This document shows positions 38,200 to 51,189 of a stretch of DNA of 64,000 bases, piece after piece. The notes under the pieces are model-generated. The model worked only from the letters and a program-made list of their open reading frames with translations, had not been told where the DNA came from and searched no databases. Numbering within the stretch: position 1 is the first letter of the stretch; each line of letters opens with the position of its first letter. Made by a program: the position numbers and the translations under genes. This DNA is from Octopus sinensis (taxonomy: Eukaryota): NCBI RefSeq assembly GCF_006345805.1, contig NC_042998.1, positions 31,744,001 through 31,808,000 on the forward strand. Direction: 5' to 3'.

Positions 38200-41100
38200 T
38201 TCTTATAGGTAATTTTCGTTGCATTTGCAGACAATGTGTTTTATTCTAGTTATGCAAATAAATAAAAAATGTGAGTAGGAAACATCTTTTATCACTTTTC
38301 TATTCAAAAACAAGGTCTGTGTAATTGTTTGTCCTTCCTTTTGGCCTTCGCATTATTACCGTTCGGTATTACTACGTAGATAAATTTTTAAAATGTCATC
38401 TTTGTTGTATGCATTGACATCACGCTTATCTTGCAGTCTGTCTGTTATGCTAAGGATCCCTTGTATTTTTATATTATTCTAAAACAGGTAGAGATTTACA
38501 TGAATACTTCAGAACATTTTTTGACCGTTGACACAGGAGTTTATTAAGGAGTTTGCTTTTCTTTTGGTTCCCATATTCTTTTGGTTATCTCTATTTCCAT
38601 ATGTATATATTTAGGAATAATTCTTTGATGCGGATGAATTTACTGCAAAGAAACAATCAAGCGAAGAACAATCTCTCAAAGAAACAAACTCTCTGTCTCC
38701 GTGAATGACATATCCTGTATGTAGCCGCACTTACATGAAACATTTACTTGAGTTTGTTTATAGGATTCTATTCTCTTGGTGTTTCGTAACTATCTGCTGG
38801 GATTCTACTGTATGAAAGAAAGACATAGTTCTGTCATGCCTGTTCATGTATTGCTATTGGTTAAAATTGGGCAGCCAGATGTAGTTCATAGTTTATGCCT
38901 GCCTCCCCGTGTTTTAATTTTCTTAAGTGTATTCATCCTTCCTATTCTATTTCTATACTGTTCAGCCTTTGTTTTTTCTCAGTTGCTAGTTATATAGAGA
39001 ATTTCATTGCCGTAGTTTGAGACAACTAAACTCTAGCTTTACTTTGTGATTGGTTTTTAGCCTTTATTCTAATACCTTTCCATTAAAACCTCTTTTTCAT
39101 TTGAATGGCCGTGTTTTATATGTTAGCTTACTTTTGAACGGTGAACATTTTTTCATATATATTTTGCTTGTATTTTGCAACCATTTCAAATTCATTTTCC
39201 ATAATCGTCTCTCAAGATCAAACTTCGATCTTTTTCTACTCTTACACAGGGCATTTCATTTAACATTTTTAATTACATGGAACTGCTATAATTCTGTGTT
39301 TATAATAGATATAATTTTACTCTACCATTGTTTTCGTACTATAAGTCTAAAAGCTATCTTTCCCTGGATAATGTCGGCAGTTAACGTAGACTGCAGTTGA
39401 GAATACAAATGTGACTCATTATGGTTTTGGTCGCTATTACTTTTTCTTCTTTGGCTGACATTTGACTATGCATAAAAGAGAAACAAAATGCGTCTATAAT
39501 ATTTCTTTGAAGCGTATTTGTTTTTTGAAAGCCATCTTGTTCGTTTTTATTAAATTATTTTTTCGTGAGGTTCGACTAATATATAACTGTTCGTTTATCC
39601 AGTAACACCGTGTTGTTGTTAATTTACTTCTCTGTTTTCAAGATTGCTTTTGGTAACTTTTACTAATGTGGATTGCACAGAAATACTTAAACTGAATTTT
39701 GTGTTACGCCTGAAGTAGTTTTGTACATTTATGATTTTCACTGCATACTTTCAGGTCGATTATACATAAAAGATACTTGATTATCCTCACATATAATCTT
39801 TAGCGGACTCCAGTTTGGTTTAACATCTTAGTTTTAGTGCTAGGGTATTGACATGAGACAAAAGGAGTAGAGGATATCCAACTTTTTGTAGAAATAAGTT
39901 TTCTTTTAAATAATTTCTCTGTTTGCAATGTTGTTTTTCCAACTACTCATAATGGATTGAATGCATTTGATTATTACCTCCGCCTTAGCGAAGGCGGAGG
40001 TTTTGCTTTTAGTCGTGTTTGTTTGTTTGCTTGTTTGTGCGTGGACAAGATATCTCAAGAACGCTGGATCGATTCAGATGAAACTTTCAGAGATGTTTGG
40101 CCTCGTGACTGGCACGGACTGACTAGATTTTGGGATCGATCCGTACCGGACAGGGATTCTGGATTATTTTTCCTGTTTATCATTTTTTTTTTACATGACT
40201 TTTGAAAGTGGTCGCATTCATTTTTAGTATTCTCGTTTGTGAGAGCAGTCAAGTTTGTTTCAGATATTCTCATTTTAAAAATTCTCTTCGGCTAGTCGTT
40301 CAGAGGACGGCGGTGTTACTTGACGGAGTTTTGTGCTCTCTCAGTACTCTTTCTTTTAATGGTACGTTACAGTTAATGTTCTCGGGACGTATTTGCACTA
40401 CTGTAAGTAGTCTTCTGGTTGTTACATAATGTGCTATACTCCGTACATTCACTCTTATCTTCGCCATCATTTATCGTTTTACTAAACTGTTAATGGTCTT
40501 ATACAGTCACAAGTGATTTTGCAGCATCACGCTTGCTCTTTGGAAATCAAAAGCGGTAGTTAAGATTTTGTAATCCTGAAGGCTAACTTTCATTTTAGGA
40601 CTGTTTTTCTCTTGTGAGTCAGTAACACGTTGTCCCTAGCGCCCCCAGTATCTTGCTAAATATCTCTGGAATGCATTATGTGGTGCAACAAAGTATATTA
40701 TTTGAGCATTCTTGATCTTATCATTCAAAGGTGTATTCCAGTTGTTCTATTTTAGTGCCTGGTAATCCTTCCCATTTGCAATAGTTTCTCTCGCTTATCC
40801 ACACTTGTTCGTCATTTTGAATATTTTAAAGTTGATTCTACATTAGTTTCTATTTTATTTTTAAATTGTTCTTAACAAAATCATTTTAGGATGTATTTGA
40901 AAAGTATTGCTCAAAAGATTGTTGCTTCTTTTAACAGCTCTTTATTATTTCCATTTATTTCAGGTATTCTTTCCTCACAAATAACTTCTATTTTGACATA
41001 TACCTATAATTCTTAGCACTATTTCTCATACAAAGTCTCTCCTTTCTTTCTTTATTGATTTCCGTAAGGTGTAAAGTATCATTTTTCTAATTTCCTTACT

Positions 41101-43150
41101 TTTGGTATTTAGTATGCCGTATGCTTCTATTCTGATTTATGTGCTGGTTTTCGATATTCTTATATGCGCTGGCCAGGAAGATCCATTTTCTTTTTGTGAC
41201 AGCAGTTATTGATGTTCACATTTAATTTTATTTGGTGATGTTGACATTCGCGCCTGTTTTAATTAAGCTTGACACGTTGGCTTTGTTACTGCTATTTCTG
41301 TGTTTATATCTCTGAGTTTTAGTATTGGCAGTTATGTTCGTTGACCCATTGGAAGACCTATTGTTTTTAATGATACAGGTTCTTTTTATGATTCTTTCTC
41401 TGTTTGCAGAGTCGATCTATTATTGACACGGTCAAAATGTTCAACATTAGACTTTGGTATTCTTAAATATTCGTAATATTACATTTTCGTTGCATTTTTG
41501 CTTCCATTGTTCTGATTGGTTTTGTTTAACTCTTCGTATCCTGCAAGTGTTCCAGGTTTGGGGTTTATTGCATTTTGTTTTACACGTGTTGTTTTGCATA
41601 TGTGTTGTCTTCTTGATATGATATCGGAGTTAGTTTACTTTTGTTGTTCGTTTTGTGTTGTATGTTCGCTATGTACTCATTATATTAAGAGTTCTTTTTC
41701 GATATTTCTGACATTTTTATGGCTTGTATCAGAGAATGCATACGTTGAGGTAAATTATATTGATGAGATCTAATGGTATGGTGAGATCCGTTGTATTTTC
41801 TTCCAAACTTTTATTAGCATATATTGACGAGTTTTCATTCTTGATAGTGTATGACTGTAAAATATGCCTGCATTATAGAAACACATCCTGCCTGTCCATT
41901 TGTTCATTTTGATGATGTATTTGAAAGAATTTAGTTGGTATTTCTTGTAGAAAATTGTATAGCTGTTTTGTGTATCGTCAAATCTACTACATCTATAAAT
42001 CACAACTAATTTTATAAGAATTCTTTTATTTTGCTTATGAATATACATGTGTTGAGTGGAATCTTTTCACAGATATATTCAATAATGTATTCATACTTTT
42101 CTTAAAAATGCCCTCCATTGTTATTTATTGTCCATGCAAGTTTACTACATGACAAAGCATAACTTTCTCATGGAAGGTTATGCTGTAAAATGCTTCCATC
42201 TTGGCCTTTTTCTAGCTGACAACATTTACACTTTTTTTGTATCAGAATATCTGACATATTCTTCTTATAGAGATCACATATGAATTCCATTTCAGCATGT
42301 TACATTTTACGTATCCTATAATAACCTGTCATTAGTTATTCATCCATTATGACTCAAGAATCTACTCTTCTTGTATTCTTTCTGCAACTCTTTTACTGAA
42401 TTATCTGCATCCTGATATTGGTGTAGATTGTTACATAATATAGATGTTATGGTTATGTAAATGATAAAATATTTTGTTTTCAGTTCGTAAGCGTGGGGCC
42501 AATCATCTTTGAAATTTGTAGTAAAATGACAGTTTTTGCTTTTTTTAAACTACTCTTATATTTCGGAGAAATGCTTTGTTTTTTTGTTTTAATTTAAAAA
42601 CCCTTTGATCAGTTGTGGGTGTAAGATATGTAGCGATTTTATGCAGAACGGTTGATCTTTGATTACTTGAATTTATTTTCTATGAATTTTTCTTCTTACA
42701 TGTCCCTTTGTATATTCCGCTTAATGTCTCAGTTTTGTGGAGCTATATTTTTCATTTTGTTCTCTTACACAGTTCATTCACCTTAAGTGGATTTTTTACT
42801 TCCCATATTTCCCATCTCAGTGTTTCTTCTTACACCTAAATAGATAAGCTATTATATTGTGTTGCTATATAAGTTCTTGTGACGAGCTTATTAATCTTTT
42901 CAATTATTTTTTCCTTTGATTCGTTTCAAAAATGTCTGCATTCTCCGCGTTAAGACTTTACTCGTTGAATTATTTTATTTGAGGATTTAAAGTCATTTTC
43001 ATCTTGAATCTTTCTACAACTTTGTAGTTTCTTGTTTGACATCTCCCTCCTTTTGTTTTTGGTGTCACTTAAACGTGGGTTTCAAACAGCATGATTTTTT
43101 TTAACGTTTTTGTGTTTTTCTCGTATTTCAACACCCGCTTTTTATAACAC
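38200..43150 (-). mobile_element. Long, highly decayed LINE-like tract
   Basis: Sustained T-rich plus strand (A-rich minus strand) with no microsatellites; APE-like remnant ARDNVLLT near 40620-40640; edges approximate. Confidence 0.4.
39971..40352 (+). mobile_element. Helentron-associated non-autonomous element (HINE/DINE-1-like)
   Basis: 5' ttattacctccgcc-ttagcgaa-ggcggaggt hairpin (9-bp perfect stem), (tgtt)n tract, 3' gacggagttttgtgctctctcagtactc resembling the HINE ggcggag..gcgctctctgagtgc end. Confidence 0.75.
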
Positions 43151-45619
43151 CATCACAGAATATATTACAAAGAATAAGGTCCTTTATATGTATGTGAATT
43201 TTTTACTTTGAAATTCTTTGTAAAAACTAGTAGGTTACTTAGAGTGTGGCTTTGTTTTTATGTTGAGAGATATTGTTCTGGTTTGTAATCTGTTTTCAAT
43301 CGTGTAAATATCGTTCTTTCCAAAGTTATTCAGAAAGATTACGATTAAAAACGGATACGATTTTAAATCACCAAATGACATAATTCAAAGAGTGATATTC
43401 TTAATGAAGAAAGAAAAATACTTCAGTAAATAATAAAATAACATTAGGATAATTACGTTAATTGCGAAAATAAACAACTCCGGTACAATGACGTATATAA
43501 CGAAAGAATGTAAGTCGGGATTCCCATTAATTAATGCGGGCTAAGAATAATCGTGATGGACGTTTTGAGATGTAAACAACCTTCATGATTTAAGTTTTCA
43601 TATTGTGTTACTAATTCATTTAATTCAATTTTGTTGCTCCTCTCTATTTTGTCACTTAGCATTGATGGGTTGGAGTTGCCTCTTTTTTCATTGTAATCTA
43701 TCCATCTATATTGACTTTTATAGGTTATTCACGTGCCTGAATATAATCCTGCCTTATGGTTCGGACTTTGTTGATTATACTATAGATCTGTTTGTGATTC
43801 ATCTATATTTTCATGTTTAGCAACGGATATTTCGTCATAATTTTGTATTGGAATTTGAGGAGCCTATTTAGTACGGCAATATCGTTATAAGAGCATTGGG
43901 TTGGTGCTAAAGAAGTATGTTATAACTAAGTATTAACATTAGCTCCATTTCTGTATCTGAATCATTATCTTCACGTAAGATAAAAGTGAAATCGTCTTTT
44001 TTTTTGTAAATCCATTTCGTTGCTTCGTGCTGTCTATGGTAAATTTCCCATTCCAAATAGAGAAATAAAGTTGCCATAATACTTTATAAAACGATAGACT
44101 AAAATCTTTATCAAATTTAATCAAGTCTAGTATTCGTAGAATGTTAGAATAACTCTCTATTCCTTAAAACTTGACGAAGACAGTAATGAGCGTCACCAGC
44201 GAAAGTAGTGTATATAAACGAACACATTTCAATGGATTTTACATTAAAATTGCATAATAATAGTAAGATAATATTAATGGAAAATAATAATGCAAAATAA
44301 TAATTCATATAAAAAATGTACTTTTGGTTATGAGAAAATAGCATTTACAATAATCTCAAGAATCATTTAAGTGAATTACATTTATTAAATTATACGCAGT
44401 TTGTTTTTGGCGCCACGATATGTATTAAAAACGAATTTTGAGGTCACACAGAGTTTTGAAGCAAAGGTTTCATATTGATATATCATAGTCCATGAATACT
44501 AGTTCACGTATCATTCATTTGTTTTTTTTTTATCATTCATTACAACTGCTTCCTTCTTTCCTTTCGATTTTGATGTGCAGATCTTAATTAGTAGCTTTTG
44601 ATGGTAAATTGCTTTCGTTGCATGTTATTGTGAATAACTGTTGCCATTTTACAGATTGCAGTCAGTCTTTGTCTATATTCTTGCATCTGACACACATGAA
44701 ATCTCATTACAGTTATTACATAGAGTAACAAAAACAAATCAATCCAGGTATCTTAGAATATTAGAATTAATTTCTAGTATAATTCACGTACTGATTTCCA
44801 AATTGATATGAAATTTGCACTGTCAGATACACATTTGACGATACAACATACCAGATCTGTACTAATGTATTTATTTAATGTATTTATTGAAATTAGGAAT
44901 CCCATTTACACATATGGGAAATACAATTGAGTTAGCTATATTTCCCAAAGCAAGGATACAAGAATAGATTGTTACTTTGGGAACATTGAGATTTCTTCAG
45001 ATTGCCATGAATAAATTTACAAAATTTAACTAAGTTAAGGCTGCGAATGTAAATTTCGGTTAAACATTTTCTTATGTACCTATATGAGTTAGTAAATGAA
45101 TTTACAACCACTGGTACTATGTGTTTTGGTTAAATGCGCCTGTCACTTTCCTAAATCGTAATTTATGTTTTAGTTTACAGTCGTCAATAGCAAAATATAT
45201 CTTACCACATTATCCTTCGCAAGATCTTGGAGCTATCTGTAGTATTGCAAGTATACAAGGAATATAAGTTAATTCACCTTATTAGGTTAAGCAGGGGGAC
45301 TTGAAAGACTCGGATTCACCAAGTTTTATCAAATAAACGAAAGTTTTATTTATTTAGGAATATTATCAAATAGAAGAACTGGGGTAGGGTGGGGTGGGGT
45401 AGTAGAGACTCTTCATTGAGGATGCATAAAAAATGAAATATGTTGTTAATTCTAACTTCAACTGCACAAAATATAGAATGTTTCAACAAGGAGGACACAT
45501 GAAAATGATTTTCTTAAATATTTTAACAGAGTAAGATGGAAGAAATTCATGTTGTTGCTATTATATATATATATAATATATATATATATATTATATATAT
45601 ATATATTAGCAGCTGCTTT

Positions 45620-45880
45620 CTAGCATACGAGTAAAGCCATTGCTAGAAAGGTTCATTGCAAACAGTCATTGATGATGTAATGTGAGGCCTTTGTATGGTT
45701 CTTGAGTCAGGCCAAATATTTGATTTGCACATTCTATTGCTTAATGCACAGCTGTACTGGCTGGCAGAGGGAATAGGCGCCACAATGCGAAATCTTTTGA
45801 CATACCTTTCATTCCTTTAACTGAAAGGCACGTCTTTCCACAGGCTGCACATGTTCTGTTGTGAACAATAACCGGATACT
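45620..45880 (-). mobile_element. LINE 3' end (RTE-like) with two C2H2-like zinc-finger remnants
   Basis: Minus frames RTCAACGKTCLSVKGMK and YSCALSNRMCKSKYLA*LKNHTK resemble CxxCGKxCKSxxGLxxH. Confidence 0.5.
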
Positions 45881-46385
45881 CTCATTATATAAACCCACAG
45901 ATATATATATATTTACTCCGGTGCTTCTCTTTATGTCTGTGTGTGTATGTGTTTGAGTCTGTGTTTTTATGTGTGTGTATGTGTTTGTGCGTGTGTGTGA
46001 AATCAGGGGTCTGCCCACTTGGATGGATTACTGCTTCTTGAGGAGAGTTGCTAGGGGATTTGTTTCTCGATATAAGAAACAATTTCTGCGGATTATGATT
46101 AATTTATGAAAAACATCATTTTTTTCCAAGCGTGTTTAACAAATTTTTATCCCTGCCTCCGTAAACTACCTACACGAAACCGAAATACATTATGTCCGGA
46201 AACATATGAAGAAACACCAAAACTAGAATGGATATAAAGGAATCAATAACAGTAGTGACACTTGTAAACAAATTTAAACCAAAAACATTAGACGTTGGGA
46301 TGGAACTTTACAACTGTTGTTGCTACTTAACGGCTTTCTTATAAAGAATATTTGATGTAAAATTTTGGCTAAGAAAGAAATTTCT

Positions 46386-46539
46386 GAGGAGGATCAAGTC
46401 GATTTCAATGACCTAGTGATCAGGTGAGACTTATTTTATCGTCCTTGAAAGGGGCTAAGACAAAGTCAACCTCGGCAAATTCGAACTCAGAACGTAAGGA
46501 CGGAGAAAATGCCGCTAACTATTTTGTGAGCTTGCCGCC
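46386..46539 (-). mobile_element. SINE family A, degenerate
   Basis: caaagtcaacctcggcaaattcgaactcagaacgtaaggacgg...gcttgccgcc. Confidence 0.8.
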
Positions 46540-46565
46540 GTAATTTCTCATTAATAATATTATAT

Positions 46566-46771
46566 CGAGCTGGCAGAATCGCTAGCGGTATTTCGCCTGC
46601 CGTTACGTTCTGAGTTCAAATTCTGCCGAGGTCGACTTTGCCTTTCATCCTTTCGGGGTCGATTAAATAAGTACCAGTTACGCACTGGGGTCGATGTAAT
46701 CAACTTAATCCCTTTGACTGTCTTTGTTTGTCCCCTCTATGTTTAGTTCCCTGTGGGAAATAAAGAAATAG
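46566..46771 (+). mobile_element. SINE family A with a short head deletion between repeated tagc motifs
   Basis: gagctggcagaatcgctagcggtatttcg lacks the acgccgggcgaaatgct segment; the remainder is near consensus. Confidence 0.92.
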
Positions 46772-46791
46772 ATAATATTATATCGTAACGC

Positions 46792-46907
46792 GTTTACAGC
46801 CTTCGTTGAATGCCCCGGATATCCTCCGATCACTGAAATTAAGTAATGTCGAACCTCGTTACTGCTTAGATGGCTGACCGCTTGGGAAACCCAAGTGCTG
46901 TAAGCAT
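46792..46907 (+). pseudogene. 5S rRNA pseudogene
   Basis: gtttacagcc..cgttgaatgccccggatatcctccgatcactgaaattaagtaatgtcgaacctcgttactgcttagatggctgaccgcttgggaaacccaagtgctgtaagc aligns end to end with metazoan 5S; recognisable A and C boxes, many substitutions and a small 5' deletion. Confidence 0.88.
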
Positions 46908-46957
46908 CTGAGATTTTCAGGCTTTGTATCAAAATTTGAAACCATTTTGTATCGCAA

Positions 46958-47170
46958 GGCGGCGAGCTGGTAGAATAGTTAGCATCCGGATTAAATACTT
47001 AGCGGTATTTTGTCCGTTTTTGCGTTTTGGGATTAAATTCCACCGAAGTCGACTTTATGTTTTTTCCTTTCAAAATCGATAAAATTAGTACGAATTGATC
47101 AGTGGGGGTCGATGTAATCGATTTACCCGCTCTCCCAAAATTTCTAGTCTTGTGCCAAAATTTAAAATCA
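46958..47170 (+). mobile_element. SINE family A variant (alternative tail)
   Basis: ggcggcgagctggtagaatagttagc head, core, tail ctagtcttgtgccaaaatttaaaatc. Confidence 0.88.
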
Positions 47171-47398
47171 AAAATGTAACATTCCTTCTGAGTCGAATTG
47201 CCCAACATTTACGTTTAAGATTATATTTTCATATTTATTTTCATGAAGACATTAGCTAAAATTTGTTTGAATGTGCGAGAAAGTTTACACAACACCGAGT
47301 GAATGTTATTTTGAAGTGATATTCCTAAAAATCTCCTGTTACTCTCTCATTCGGTTTGTCAATGTATAGAAATTATTGCTTTGTAATTTATGCCTTAC

Positions 47399-47545
47399 AT
47401 TAATACGATTTATTCCCACTTGAAGCATTTCCTAATTTCCAGTTGCAGAATGTCTGATTGTATGGAAATGGTTCAAATATAATATATTTTGCTCTTTTTT
47501 CGCCGCTAGGTTTTCCATAGTTGTAAATTGCAATAGTTTTATCAC
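47399..47545 (-). other. Exon-like cassette (147 nt, phase 1-1) with a stop in the last codon
   Basis: Acceptor ctaat...gtttcctttag|, donor |gtaagg; frame GDKTIAIYNYGKPSGEKRAKYIIFEPFPYNQTFCNWKLGNASSGNKSY*. Confidence 0.25.
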
Positions 47546-48239
47546 CTAAAGGAAACTTGCAGCTGCCAAAGATCAATTAGGATTATATAAATACATCCAA
47601 ACACAAAACGTTTGAATTACCTTACATATTAAACATACCCCTAATTCCATAGAAATCATTCTGGATTAAACTATTCAGTTTATCACATCCCGTAAAAGAA
47701 TTACTTCAAGAATATTACCTTCTAAATCATGTCATTAATGAATTACCAAATATTTAACAGCGTACGCTCATTTGTTAATGAATGGATGAAGTCTTCAAAA
47801 ATAGCAGTTTTTCACTTATTCTTATTTCTAGTTTATTGTTATTACATTCTAAGGAAAATATAACTTTTATAATTTTATGCATTTGCTTCACTTTCGACGT
47901 TTAGATTATAACTCTGTTGGAGTTATAAATAAAATATCAATAATTACATATTAAGTGATGTTTATAAGTTGAATGATTCTGTGGAAATGGTTGCTCAGCT
48001 GGATATAAATAGGAAATCAGAATAAAAAATTAAGAATTATCAAAAATCCTATATCAAATAATTATGGAGTTAAGCATATTAATATACTGAAGCTGAGGAA
48101 TGCTTGGATGACGTTGGCGGAATGAAAGGGCGCTTTGCCAGGGTGGAGTTGTTAGTTCTTTGCTACCGGCAGGTTGGGTCGTTTCCGCCGCACAGCTACA
48201 CGGTAGTATTCTTTGTTAATTGTCTGACTTTGTGTTGCA

Positions 48240-48635
48240 TATTCATGGTTCACTGTTCACTGATGTGTGGCTATATTTGAACCAGTGGTACCACGCCTTT
48301 ATTTGTGTTTTCCCCATAGCATCATTTTCCAAAGGCATTCTGAATCTTCTTGACAGTTTGGGTTTTTGCATGACCAAGTTTTTGGCAGAATTTACTACAG
48401 TATCTTTTTCTCAATACGTTCGGTCATCTTGACTCAAACAGAAAAATCGCACACAAACCTTTCACGCCTGTACTCAACGTGTCACTGCGGACGAACGGCG
48501 CAACGTACAGACACGAAGATATTTGCGCATATTCAGGAAGGACGAGGCCACATAATACCCATGTGTATTTTGATCACGTATTACTATTTTATATATTAAA
48601 ATTCAAGGTCGGAAAATTTTTGACTACACCTCGTA
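48240..48635 (-). mobile_element. Mariner 5' fragment: TIR plus transposase N-terminal HTH
   Basis: TA + cgaggtgtagtcaaaaatttt TIR at 48615-48635; frameshifted MTERIEK..KFCQKLGHAKTQTVKKIQNAFG.DAMGKTQIKAWYHWFKYSHTSVNSEP. Confidence 0.85.
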
Positions 48636-48640
48636 TGTAT

Positions 48641-48712
<72 letters not shown>

Positions 48713-48863
48713 TAGAATGGACGAAAGCGCTAATATATGATATATGATGTATAGAAACATGTAATATACAAATAAATATCTGTAAATATAAAACCATCCG
48801 AATTTCTGAGTACCTCATTTCCTTTTAATATAAAATACCTGTACATCATCTCCAAACCTTCTA

Positions 48864-48894
<31 letters not shown>

Positions 48895-48898
48895 ATAT

Positions 48899-48992
<94 letters not shown>

Positions 48993-49027
48993 TGTATATA
49001 TATATATATATACACATATATATATAT

Positions 49028-49067
<40 letters not shown>

Positions 49068-50397
49068 ATATATATATATATATATATATATATATCATAT
49101 ATATATATATATATTATATATATATATATCATATATGTTACATACGTGTTATAAATTCTTTGAGAAATATGTAGCATTCTTTTAGCAAATGTGTATTCTA
49201 CTTTTGATTTTACAAATCGTAAATCACTGGCATCATAGAATCATAGTAATTACATAGCTTGATGTTTCCTATTAATATTCAATAGGAAACAGTTATGTAT
49301 ATCAAAATATTAAACGCCTTAATTTGAGAAACATACAAGGCCTTAAATATGATTGCAGCAATTCAGTTCTTTCGAAATTCAATAAAAGTTTCTGATAATA
49401 TGCTTATGTCGTGTGTGTAGCAAAATCAAAAGAAATATATTTATTACAAAAATATTCCCATTTCCCTTGCTATATATATCGCAATTATATAACATATTTC
49501 TTGATGATTAAATTTGTTAACGGCGTCAGCAACACATCGATAAAGCATGACGAAAATATTTAACCGGGGATTAATCAATTTACGCGACCTAGTATTCATT
49601 TATCGATTCATTTATAAATTGGCAAAAGACTCTAGACAACATGAATTCAAATAAAAATCTGTAATATTTCAATTCAGTTGCAAATTTTCCTTTTCATGTC
49701 TTTAAGAATCCAATGGACTAATTAGAGTGACTTAACATTTCTTACAACAAAATGGAAATGCTTTATGCAGACAATGATATATTAAAATCCTTTATAATGT
49801 AATTATTAAATAACCTCGGTGTCTTCATTTTAAAAGAAACTAACAGTATATCCATCTGTAATTAATTCATTAAGAAAAGCTTCAGTCTTTGCAAAGTAGC
49901 AGTAATGTCTTGTACGAGGCTACTATTATACATATAGAATATGATTTACTAAAACCCTGATTGCTGGACGTAGAAGATTGTGTCGAGTTACATACAGGGA
50001 CATTGCTAATGTGAAATGTTATTCAAATGCAAACAATAGAAATTCACATAACCAGAAATTAAATATATGATTTACATAGATTTCATAGAGTTCACATTGA
50101 GTTTATACATCACTTTCGAAAGATAGTTTGAACATTTTACAAAATGATTTAAACAGTAAGTACATGAAAATGTTTTTATGCATGAAATCAACATATTGTT
50201 CAGTTATACAACAGCATTTACTCATCACCTTTCGAAGTTATTTTAGACAATTCTAATGAGTAGCAATAAATACAAATTACTTTGAACATTACTGAATCTA
50301 ATACAATACAATTGTATTATAATATAATTGTATTTTAATTTAATTGTATTGAATAGGTCTTTATAATTAATATACTCGAATCTGTGAACATTGACGA

Positions 50398-50590
50398 TGA
50401 AGTCGACACACGTGTTGCGAAGGGAAGCTCGATGTGGGAGAAGAGAGGCATTAGACTGACCACCAAATGGAAGCTGTGCCAAGGGATTCTTTTGCTTAGG
50501 CTAGTGTATGTCTGAGAGAAACGTGGACGGGTTACAAAGCCCAAGCCAAAAGATCTATACTCTGTTGCTCACATTGCATCCAAAAATCAC
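50398..50590 (+). mobile_element. RTE-clade LINE RT C-terminal fragment
   Basis: EVDTRVAKGSSMWEKRGIRLTTKWKL...ETWTGYKAQAK matches the RTE pattern EIxxRIxKA...W..RGIxLxTKLKVY...ETW. Confidence 0.7.
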
Positions 50591-51189
50591 GAGTGAAATC
50601 TTGTGTAATCTTTCTGGTTCCTTCTTTTCACAAGGATTTCTTAAACTCTACACTACGCCGGCCTGTTTTGATCTTTGCGAAGAAATCCGAATGCCCATAT
50701 TCAGAAACCTCAAATTATCTTGAACCACATATTGAAATAGTTTCTTTGGTTTATGTTTTGGCCGCTTTTTATTTGAATGCGCTCCATGAAACAATCTCTT
50801 GGGCAGACAGGTATCGTCCATCCTGCCCGTATGACCAACTCAACGCATTTGACAGTAGACAATCATTTTCTCAATACTTTTAAAATCAGAAAAAAAAATG
50901 AATGACAATAGATTCAACTTCCAACAAAATTTGGATTCTTGATATGCCATACATTCTTCCATCAATAACATATTCATAAATTCAAACAAATACATCAAAG
51001 TTCAAAACATAGCCATCTATTAGATCATTATGGGAGAAAGAAAAGAAGATTTGCGAGATATTTGCTCTGTAAAAGTAATGTGAGGAAGAGTGTGGGACGG
51101 ATCAATCCTTTCTTTTTAAGATACGGATTTAAGCTACGAGTTAGGCGAAAACTTCGAAGCACACTCGTTCATATACGTATGTATGTCAT

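Noticed and set aside
45806-45855. Apparent 50-nt zinc-finger exon with good splice sites
   Set aside because: Continuous with a second finger remnant and better explained as a LINE C-terminus.
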